This document shows, piece by piece, positions 38,215-45,460 of a DNA stretch of 45,460 bases. Below the pieces are notes generated by a model, which had not been told where the DNA came from, made no database searches, and saw only the letters and a program-made list of their open reading frames with translations. Positions within the stretch are counted from its first letter, which is position 1, and each line of letters begins with the position of its first letter. Origin of the DNA: Trueperaceae bacterium (GTDB taxonomy: Bacteria > Deinococcota > Deinococci > Deinococcales > Trueperaceae); contig DASSXV010000001.1 of assembly GCA_035703635.1 (NCBI GenBank), forward strand, positions 1 to 45,460. The letters are read 5' to 3'. The position numbers were made by a program, and so were the translations under genes.

Positions 38215-38972
38215 GCGCTCACGCCGCAGTTCCCGCCCTGGAGTTGAGCGGCGTGAGCGTCAGCTACGGGCAGACGCACGCCATCACCGACGTCGACCTC
38301 AGCATCCCTCAAGGCACTCTGGCGGCCATCGTCGGCCCCAACGGGGCAGGTAAGAGCAGCCTCATGAAAGCCGTGCTCGGCTTGACAAGCGCAACGGGCG
38401 ACGTGAAGGTGCTAGGGAAGCGAGCCGCAGCTGGCCGCCACCTAGTGGCGTACGTTCCGCAACGAACGAGCGTCGACTGGGACTTCCCAGCGACTGTCCT
38501 CGACGTCGTGCTCATGGGCCTTTATCGCGAGTTGCGGTGGTGGCGCCGCATCGGCAGGGGCGAGCGGGACCGGGCGATGCAGGCGCTAGCGGAAGTCGGC
38601 ATGGCGGACCTCGCCAGGCGGCAGATCACGAAGCTATCTGGTGGCCAGCAGCAGCGGGTGTTCCTCGCCCGCGCCCTCGTGCAAGACGCCGACCTCTACC
38701 TCCTCGACGAGCCGCTGGCGGGTGTCGACGCGCCGTCGGAGGCGGCCCTGATGGCGACGCTACGCAACCTGGTGGCAAGTGGGCGCACCGTCGTCGCCGT
38801 CCACCACGACCTGTCGACGCTCCAGGCGCACTTCGACTGGCTGGCTTTCATTCATCGCAAGGTGATCGCAGCGGGGCCGCTCACGGAGTGTCTCACGCTG
38901 GAGAACCTGCGTTCCACTTACGGCACACAGCTGCTGGCGGTGCCCGCGGTATGGGAGGCGACGCATGCCTGA
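38211..38972 (+). CDS. Metal ABC transporter ATP-binding protein (TroB type)
   Basis: GPNGAGKS, AYVPQR..VDWDFP, LSGGQQQR, LLDEP, VHHDL. Confidence 0.93.
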   Translation: MSAHAAVPALELSGVSVSYGQTHAITDVDLSIPQGTLAAIVGPNGAGKSSLMKAVLGLTSATGDVKVLGKRAAAGRHLVAYVPQRTSVDWDFPATVLDVVLMGLYRELRWWRRIGRGERDRAMQALAEVGMADLARRQITKLSGGQQQRVFLARALVQDADLYLLDEPLAGVDAPSEAALMATLRNLVASGRTVVAVHHDLSTLQAHFDWLAFIHRKVIAAGPLTECLTLENLRSTYGTQLLAVPAVWEATHA

Positions 38973-39816
38973 CCTACTTGCCTTCCTAGGTGACCCGACC
39001 GTGCTCATCGTTGGTGCCGGCGCGGTGCTCCTCGGCGGCGTTGCTGGCGGCCTTGGCGCTTTCGCCGTGCTGCGGCGCCAGAGCCTGCTGGGTGACGCCA
39101 TGGCGCATGCGGCGCTACCCGGGGTGGTGGTGGGTTACTTGGTAAGTGGCGAACGCAGTGCCGGCCCCATCCTGGCTGGCGCGCTCGTCAGTGGGCTAGC
39201 GGCTGGGCTCGCCGCGCTCCACCTCTCGCGCCTCCCGCGCATCAAGTCGGACGCCGCCCTCGGAGTGAGCCTCAGCCTCGGGTTCGCGCTCGGTGTGGTG
39301 CTCCTGACGCGGGTGCAAGGTTCGGCCGGTGGGCACCAGGCGGGGCTCGAGGCCTACTTGTTCGGCCAGGCCGCCGCCACGCTGCGTGGTGACTTACTGT
39401 GGCTTGCCGGGGCAGTCGTGCTCTGCACCGCGACGATGGTGGTCGCGTGGCGTCCTGCCAAGTTGACGACCTTCGACCGCGAGTACGCTGCCGCGTCCCA
39501 AGTGCGTGTTCGCCTCGTAGATGCGCTCCTCACGGGCGTTTTGGCGCTCACCATCGTGCTCGGCTTGCGGATGGTTGGCGTCGTCCTCATGGCGGCCCTC
39601 GTCGTGGCGCCCGCCGTGGCCGCGAGACAGTGGAGCAGCAGCCTGCTCGGCATGGTTCTGGGTGGGGCCGCGATAGGGGCAGGCAGCGCTCTAAGCGGGG
39701 CGCTGATCAGCGCTAGTGCTCCCGGGCTCGCCACCGGTCCGCTGATCGTCGTAGTGGCGAGCGCAGTGGCGGGGGTCGCGCTGCTTACCAGCCGACGCGA
39801 GTCCCAGCGCGCGTGA
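38965..39816 (+). CDS. Metal ABC transporter permease (TroC type)
   Basis: LRRQSLLGDAMAHAALPG, YLFGQAA, VGVVLMAA...PA.AARQW. Confidence 0.92.
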   Translation: MPDLLAFLGDPTVLIVGAGAVLLGGVAGGLGAFAVLRRQSLLGDAMAHAALPGVVVGYLVSGERSAGPILAGALVSGLAAGLAALHLSRLPRIKSDAALGVSLSLGFALGVVLLTRVQGSAGGHQAGLEAYLFGQAAATLRGDLLWLAGAVVLCTATMVVAWRPAKLTTFDREYAAASQVRVRLVDALLTGVLALTIVLGLRMVGVVLMAALVVAPAVAARQWSSSLLGMVLGGAAIGAGSALSGALISASAPGLATGPLIVVVASAVAGVALLTSRRESQRA

Positions 39817-39823
39817 GGAACAC

Positions 39824-40678
39824 GTGACGATAACCGTCGCCATCGTCGTCACGGGCGTACTTGCCGCCGCGGCCGCCTCACTTACCGGCGCCATCCTCGC
39901 CGTACGCGGCCAGGCGATGCTCAACGACGCCATCAGCCACGGCGTGGTCTTGGGCATCGCGGTCTTCTACCTAGCCTTGGGCGGCTTCCCCGGCCCATGG
40001 CGCCTCGTGAGCGCAGCGGTAGCCGCCCTCGTCACCGTCGCCGCGAGCGAGGCCCTTAGCGCCTCGAAGCGCGTGCGCGCCGACGCCGCCGTCGCGCTCG
40101 TCTTTCCAGCCATGTTCGCTGCTGGCGTGCTTCTACTCGGACTCTTCGCGCGTGACGCGCACGTGGACGCGCACGCCGTTCTGCTTGGCGAGATCGGGTT
40201 CGTGTGGCTCGATAGCGTAAGCGTGTTCGGTGCCAGCGTGCCGCGCGCAGCGCTCCTGTTGGCGCTAGTGTTCGCTTGCGACGTGGCGTTCTACGTGGTG
40301 GCGCGCCGCCGGCTCGCGTTGGCGGCCTTCGATCCCGAGCAGGCGCACATGCAAAGGCAGAGGCCCCGTCTCGTGGCGCAACTCTGGCTCGTGTTGACCG
40401 CGGTCACGGCCGTGGCAGCCTTCGACGCCGTCGGCGTCGTCCTTTACGTTGCCTTCGCCATCGTGCCCGCGGTAACGGGACTACTCGTGGCAACGAGACT
40501 GTCTGCGGTCATCGGCGTTGCTCTAGCAGCGGCCGTCGCGGCCGCTGCGCTTGGCTACCCGCTCGCCGTGAGACTCGACGCTTCGATCGGGGGCAGCATG
40601 GCCATGTGCACCGCGGTTCCGCTGGCTGTTGCGCTGCTGCTCAGGAGCGTGCGTGCCCGGCGGTTGCGCGGCGAGTGA
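39824..40678 (+). CDS. Metal ABC transporter permease (TroD type)
   Basis: AMLNDAISH.V.LGI, HVD.HAVLLGEI, AFDP, AFDAVG. Confidence 0.9.
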   Translation: MTITVAIVVTGVLAAAAASLTGAILAVRGQAMLNDAISHGVVLGIAVFYLALGGFPGPWRLVSAAVAALVTVAASEALSASKRVRADAAVALVFPAMFAAGVLLLGLFARDAHVDAHAVLLGEIGFVWLDSVSVFGASVPRAALLLALVFACDVAFYVVARRRLALAAFDPEQAHMQRQRPRLVAQLWLVLTAVTAVAAFDAVGVVLYVAFAIVPAVTGLLVATRLSAVIGVALAAAVAAAALGYPLAVRLDASIGGSMAMCTAVPLAVALLLRSVRARRLRGE

Positions 40679-40684
40679 TACCCT

Positions 40685-40765
40685 AGTGAGGAGTGTCACA
40701 TGCGGCGTTCGTGCGCTCGGATAGGTGAATATGTCATACAGGCGGGCCCGAACCGGTGCTAGGTT
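40685..40765 (+). promoter_or_regulatory. CRP/FNR-like site(s) and extended -10 upstream of the EAL gene
   Basis: AGTGA-GGAGTG-TCACA (40685-40700; consensus TGTGA-N6-TCACA), weaker GGTGA-N5-TCATA (40724-40738), and TGC-TAGGTT (40757-40765). Confidence 0.5.
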
Positions 40766-40891
40766 CTGTGGCGGAAGAGCTGGAGGGAGCCCAAGGAGCG
40801 CAGCGCGGCGGGTAGGGAACCCGCTTCGGGCGAGCGAGAATCGCTACTCCTTATTGCCGCTCCTTCAAGTCGAGGGAGGCGCGTCACAACG

Positions 40892-43021
40892 ATGCTAACG
40901 CCGGACGAACTGCAAGCCACCGCAATTGACGGCGAGTTGCCAGCCGGACAGAAGGCCACGGATACGGCAACCGTCGTTGACGCGGTGACCCGCTTGTTCG
41001 GTGACGAACCGTTCAGCATCTCGGACTTAGGTAGTGTCGGTCACCCCGTCGTGTACGCGTCCACCAAGCTCGCCGAGCTAACGGGCTTTCCGGTGGAAGA
41101 GGTGGTTGGCCGCAACCTAGGCTTCCTCCTCCGCAACGACACCGATCAGGAAGGCGAACGCCTCCTGCGCAAGGCCATGGCCGCCCAACGCCACGTGACC
41201 ACCGTCGTGCGCACCTACCGTGCCGACGGCTCGCTGTTATGGATGGAGCAACGCCACTACCCCATCCACGCTGGCTCGGGCGCGGCGCGGCACCTTCTCA
41301 CCCTCTTCCGCGACGTGACGGCCGAGGTGCACGCCAACGGCGCGCAGGCCATGCAGCTCGAGCTCTCCGGCTCGCTCGAGGGCGACGGGCGCTTCTTCAG
41401 CTACGCGCTCCTACTCCACGACGACGGCCGCAACGAGGTCGCCTGGGTGTCGGACGCGTGGCAGCAACTGACGGGTTACAGCCTCGACGACCTAGCAACG
41501 CAGGGACTAACGCGCTTCGTGCACCCTGATGACCGCGCCCAACTAGCTGAGCGCTTCCAAGGCCTCCGCGAGCAGGAGAGGCGCTCTGACCAGTTCCGCC
41601 TCATCACCGTGGGGGGCAAGGTCATGTGGGTCGAGGACTTCGCCTCCCGCAGTTGGCGCAGCGACGAGGCGGGCATCACCGCCGTGTACGGCATGATGAA
41701 GGACGTCAGCAACGCCCGCCGCGACACCGCCAACCTGTGGCGCCTCGCTCACGTCGACCCCCTTACCGGTCTGCCGAACGCTCACCTCCTCGAGGACCGC
41801 GTCCAGCAGGCGCAACTGCAGGCGCGCCGCAACGGCACGAGCGTTGCGCTAGCCATCCTCGACCTCGATCACTTCAGGTTCGTCAACCAGACCTTCAGCC
41901 AACGCCACGGCGACAAGCTCATCGCCGAGGTAAGCAGGCGGCTACGGCGCACTCTGCGCCGCACGGACACCCTCGCCCGCCTGGAAGGCGACGCCTTCGC
42001 GCTCCTCCTAGCAGACCTCCCGACGCCGCGAGCGGTCCTACCCGCGTTGGAGAAGGTTCTCGCCTCCATCCGCGAGCCGTACTCGGACGGCAGCTTGACG
42101 CTGAACCTCTCCGCGAGCATCGGGGTAGACATGCAGCGCAGCGGCGTGCGCGCCGCCAACCAGATGCTCGAGCGCGCCACCGCGGCCCTCGTGCGCGCCA
42201 AGGAAACTCACCGCGGTGCGTTCCGCTTCTACGAGGACGAGATCGACGTGGCCATGCGCTCACGGCTAGCCGTCGAAGGCGAACTGAAGCGCGCCATCTC
42301 AGAGGACCAACTACTACTGCACTATCAACCGCGCGTGCAACTAGACAATGGCGCCGTCAACTCCGTCGAGGCGCTCGTGCGTTGGCTGCACCCCGTGCGC
42401 GGCCTGCTCAAGCCCGCCGATTTCGTGCCGCTCGTGGAGGAGTCGCAGCTCGGGCCGCAGCTCTTCGAGTGGGTGGTGGAACGCGCGTGCAGACAAGCTA
42501 AGCGCTGGCAACGCCAACGCACGCCACGGCGCGTGGCGGTCAACGTGAGCCCGTCCGCCCTAGCCCACGCCGACCTCGGGCACATCGTCCAGTCCGTACT
42601 CTCGCGTTACGACCTCCACCCCGGGCTGCTAGAGCTGGAGATCAGCGAACGCACTGGCCACGAGACGCTCGCGATGGGCTCCGAGAAGCTCGAAGAGGTC
42701 CGCGCGATGGGCGTGCACGTCGCCCTTGACGATTTCGGGGTCGCGCACTCCTCCCTCACCCAACTGCGGGCGCTGCCGCTCGATGGCCTGAAGATCGACC
42801 GGTCGTTCGTCTCCAAGTTGGACGCGCGCACCCCTAGCCTCGACGTAGACCTGCTGCGCGCCATCATCGCGCTAGGCAAGAGCTTGAGGCTGCGCGTGAC
42901 GGCTGAAGGCATCGAGACGAAGGAACAGAACAACATCCTCCGCTCCCTGCAATGCGACGAGGGTCAAGGCTTCCTCTTCAGTCAGCCCGTTCCAGCCGAG
43001 TACGTGATGGCGTCAGCCTGA
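40892..43021 (+). CDS. PAS-PAS-GGDEF(degenerate)-EAL protein, probable c-di-GMP phosphodiesterase
   Basis: PAS (GRNLGFL), PAS (VHPDDR), DPLTGLPN and DLDHF but EGDAF in place of GGDEF. EAL domain has EALVRW, VNVS, LEISE, DDFG, KIDRSF, EGIE, QGF. Confidence 0.92.
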   Translation: MLTPDELQATAIDGELPAGQKATDTATVVDAVTRLFGDEPFSISDLGSVGHPVVYASTKLAELTGFPVEEVVGRNLGFLLRNDTDQEGERLLRKAMAAQRHVTTVVRTYRADGSLLWMEQRHYPIHAGSGAARHLLTLFRDVTAEVHANGAQAMQLELSGSLEGDGRFFSYALLLHDDGRNEVAWVSDAWQQLTGYSLDDLATQGLTRFVHPDDRAQLAERFQGLREQERRSDQFRLITVGGKVMWVEDFASRSWRSDEAGITAVYGMMKDVSNARRDTANLWRLAHVDPLTGLPNAHLLEDRVQQAQLQARRNGTSVALAILDLDHFRFVNQTFSQRHGDKLIAEVSRRLRRTLRRTDTLARLEGDAFALLLADLPTPRAVLPALEKVLASIREPYSDGSLTLNLSASIGVDMQRSGVRAANQMLERATAALVRAKETHRGAFRFYEDEIDVAMRSRLAVEGELKRAISEDQLLLHYQPRVQLDNGAVNSVEALVRWLHPVRGLLKPADFVPLVEESQLGPQLFEWVVERACRQAKRWQRQRTPRRVAVNVSPSALAHADLGHIVQSVLSRYDLHPGLLELEISERTGHETLAMGSEKLEEVRAMGVHVALDDFGVAHSSLTQLRALPLDGLKIDRSFVSKLDARTPSLDVDLLRAIIALGKSLRLRVTAEGIETKEQNNILRSLQCDEGQGFLFSQPVPAEYVMASA

Positions 43022-43140
43022 CGCTCGCCCTTGTCGTGCGAGCGCTTGGTCGCCTAGCGGTGCGGCCTATAAGATGACTAGTCATTGACGCTGGCAACGG
43101 CGGGGCCCGCAGGCGCCTAGCTGCCGCGTGAGGAGCCCGC

Positions 43141-45216
43141 ATGTCCGACAACCCATTGCGCTCGACTGAGTTCGAGATCCCCTTCGACAAGATCAAGCCT
43201 GAGCACGTCGTGCCCGCCATGCGCGAAGCGCTTGCGGAGGCCGAGACGCGCCTTGCCGCGCTGGAAGCCGGCGAAGCGGAGCCGAACTACGACAACACAG
43301 TGCAGGCGCTCGACGACTTGGTAGAGGACGTCGTGCACCCGTACCGCTTGGCTCGTCACCTCATCGGGGTGCTGGACGGCCCGGAACTGCGCGCGGCCGT
43401 CAACGAGGTGCTGCCTGAGGTGACCGCCTTCCTCGCCAGGCTCAGCACGAACCATGAGTTGTGGAAGTCGCTTGCCGCCTACTCAGCCACTGAGGAGGGC
43501 GCGGCGCTCGAGGGCGTGCGGGCACGTCACGTCAGCAAGACCCTCGACGAGTTCAGGCGCGCGGGCGCTAACCTCCCCGCCGCGGCGCGCCGTCGCGTCG
43601 AGGAGCTCAAGGTCGAACTCGCGCGCCTCACGACTAAGTTCGCGGAGAACGTCCTCGACGCCACCAACGCGTACGAGCTGCTGATCGAGGACGAGGGGCG
43701 CCTCGCCGGGTTGCCAGAAGGCGCCGTGCGCCGCGCCCGCGCTTCCGCCGCCTCACGCGGCGTCGCCGGTTACCGCTTCACGCTGCAGGCCCCGTCCTAC
43801 TTGACGTTCATCAAGTACGCCGAGGACCGCGAACTGCGGCGCGAGCTGTTCCAGGCCTTCCTCGCGGTCGGCACCGTCCAGCCACATGACAACCGCGGCA
43901 TCATGCGCGACATCCTCGCGCTTCGTCGCGAACTCGCCGAACTCCTCGGCTACGCCGACTTCGCGGACCTGCAGACCGAGGACCGGATGATCAAGTCAGG
44001 CGCGCGAGCCGCGCGTTTCGAGTCCGACCTCGTCACCAGGACGCGCCCGTACTTCGAGGCCGAATCGGCTGAGCTGCAGCGGTTCGCGGCGACGGAGCTC
44101 GGCATAGTCCGCCTCGAGCCGTGGGACGTCACGTTCGCGGCGGAGAAGCTGCGCATGGCGCGCTTCGACGTCGACGAGGAGGCGCTACGGCCGTACTTCC
44201 CGCTGCCGCAAGTACTCGACGGCCTCTTCGACCTCACGCAGAAGCTCTTCGGCGCCAAGGTGACGCCCGTGACGGGAGTGCCGACCTGGCACCCGGAGGT
44301 CGCCGTCTACCACCTCGAGCATGAGGACGGCACGTTCCTCGGCTCCCTCTACGCCGACTGGTTCCCGCGCGAATCGAAGCGCAACGGCGCCTGGATGAAC
44401 GGCCTCCTGACCGGCGGGCCGACCTCCGACGGGTTCGCGCCGCACGTCGGCATCATCGCGTGCAACTTCACGCCGCCTGAAGATGGCCGCCCGGCGCTGT
44501 TGACGCACGCCGAAGTCGAGACGGTGTTCCACGAGTTCGGGCACCTACTGCACCACCTGCTGAGCAGGGTCGAGGTACGGGCGCGCTCGAGCATGAACGT
44601 GTCATGGGACTTCGTCGAGCTCCCAAGCCAGATCATGGAGAACTGGACGTGGGAGCAGAAAGCTCTCGACCTGTTCGCCCGCCACCACGAGACGGGCGAG
44701 GCCCTGCCAACCGAGCTCTTCGAGCGCCTCGCCAGGAGCCGCAACTTCATGGCCGCCTCCGCGCAGATGCGCCAACTCATGCTCGGCACCGTCGACCTGG
44801 CACTGCACCGCGAGTTCGATCCCGCCGGCGCAGTCGACCCGATCGAGTTCGGGGGCGAGGTCATGGCGCCGATGGAGCTGCGGCCAGACTTCGCTCACGG
44901 CGAACGCTTGGCGCGCTTCACGCACGTCTTCTCCGGCGGCTACGCGGCGGGTTACTACTCCTACAAGTGGAGTGAGGTCCTCGACGCGGACGCCTTCAGC
45001 CGCTTCGTAAGGGAGGGCATCTTCAACCCCGAGACCGGCCGCGCGTTCGCCGAGACCGTGCTCGCCCGCGGTGACGCCGAGGACGCCGAGCAACTGTTCC
45101 GCGACTTCATGGGCCGCGACCCGGAGATGGACGCCCTCATCCGCCGCAGTCTAGGGGAGACCGCTGTGGAGGTCGGCCTCGCCGACGTCGCTGCCAGCGC
45201 CGGAGACGACGCCTAG
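43141..45216 (+). CDS. M3A oligopeptidase A (OpdA/PrlC family)
   Basis: NPL....F.IPF..I, KRNGAWM, CNF..P, HEFGH zinc motif, WDFVELPSQIMENW, GYAAGYYSYKW. GAGGAG SD. Confidence 0.93.
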   Translation: MSDNPLRSTEFEIPFDKIKPEHVVPAMREALAEAETRLAALEAGEAEPNYDNTVQALDDLVEDVVHPYRLARHLIGVLDGPELRAAVNEVLPEVTAFLARLSTNHELWKSLAAYSATEEGAALEGVRARHVSKTLDEFRRAGANLPAAARRRVEELKVELARLTTKFAENVLDATNAYELLIEDEGRLAGLPEGAVRRARASAASRGVAGYRFTLQAPSYLTFIKYAEDRELRRELFQAFLAVGTVQPHDNRGIMRDILALRRELAELLGYADFADLQTEDRMIKSGARAARFESDLVTRTRPYFEAESAELQRFAATELGIVRLEPWDVTFAAEKLRMARFDVDEEALRPYFPLPQVLDGLFDLTQKLFGAKVTPVTGVPTWHPEVAVYHLEHEDGTFLGSLYADWFPRESKRNGAWMNGLLTGGPTSDGFAPHVGIIACNFTPPEDGRPALLTHAEVETVFHEFGHLLHHLLSRVEVRARSSMNVSWDFVELPSQIMENWTWEQKALDLFARHHETGEALPTELFERLARSRNFMAASAQMRQLMLGTVDLALHREFDPAGAVDPIEFGGEVMAPMELRPDFAHGERLARFTHVFSGGYAAGYYSYKWSEVLDADAFSRFVREGIFNPETGRAFAETVLARGDAEDAEQLFRDFMGRDPEMDALIRRSLGETAVEVGLADVAASAGDDA

Positions 45217-45460
45217 CTTCAGCAGCAGTTCGAGCCCGAGGAGCGTGCCGCGGTCGTACTCGCGTAGGCCATCTGCTCCACCCTGGGCGCGCAAGTAAGC
45301 GTCATAGACGACGTTGGCGCTGCTGCGCAGGGCCTTGATCTCGTACCGCGCGCTGGCGGCGGCAGCCGCGCGCGCGTCCGCCACCGCCCGTTCGGGCCAC
45401 GCTCCGACGTAAGTGGCGCGCTCTGCCTGGCTCATGCCCGCCGCCACGCTGCTTGCCAGG
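45151..45460 (-). CDS. 3' end of a gene running off the window, possibly DUF3810-like (partial)
   Basis: Open frame ending ...VYDAYLRAQGGADGLREYDRGTLL..., resembling the 'Y..YLkan...DG..sY' tail of DUF3810 proteins. Overlaps the peptidase 3' end by 66 nt. Confidence 0.45.
   Translation of the reverse strand, partial: LASSVAAGMSQAERATYVGAWPERAVADARAAAAASARYEIKALRSSANVVYDAYLRAQGGADGLREYDRGTLLGLELLLKLGVVSGAGSDVGEADLHSGLP

Noticed and set aside
40772..40891. Assignment of the leader to known c-di-GMP-I/II, c-di-AMP or glycine riboswitches
   Set aside because: Only fragmentary similarity (e.g. GTAGGG..AACCCG, CCAAGGAGC), and the core consensus elements are missing. Kept only as an unclassified candidate.
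43022..43044. CGCTCGC/GCGAGCG hairpin after the EAL gene as a terminator
   Set aside because: Only a 7-bp stem with a 9-nt loop and no U-tract; too weak to call in GC-rich DNA.

Overview
GC-rich bacterial chromosomal segment, most likely Deinococcota (Trueperaceae-like). This is inferred from a compact Mfd, TrmB with a C-terminal extension behind a DUF4388 gene, a triple ATP-cone 2-phosphoglycerate-kinase-like protein, and several TANNNT-led leaderless genes. It is mostly core and envelope genes: a probable rsmI tail, mfd, a small 8-strand OMP, a GIY-YIG protein, era, a Bcr/CflA MFS pump, tRNA-fMet, an 816-aa TPR/HTH regulator, nhaA behind an nhaA-I-like riboswitch, a pepF-SDR-M20-peptide ABC cluster, rluD and plsX. 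These are followed by a lptF-lptG-lptD-like-lipoprotein operon, a DUF4388-trmB-DUF1684-pgeF-Nudix-kinase run, an ABC-2 exporter plus SPOR protein, trxB, mntR-troABCD, a PAS-PAS-degenerate GGDEF-EAL gene, and oligopeptidase A. No integrase, transposase or CRISPR array was seen. Best leads: (1) an Lpt-like outer-membrane lipid transport operon with an unknown 403-aa lipoprotein, in a lineage generally lacking lipid A; (2) a structured ~120-nt 5' leader with anti-SD switch potential ahead of a c-di-GMP phosphodiesterase; (3) a probable Li+-riboswitch-nhaA cassette; (4) the triple ATP-cone kinase in a nucleotide-handling operon. All calls are by eye; no database searches were run.
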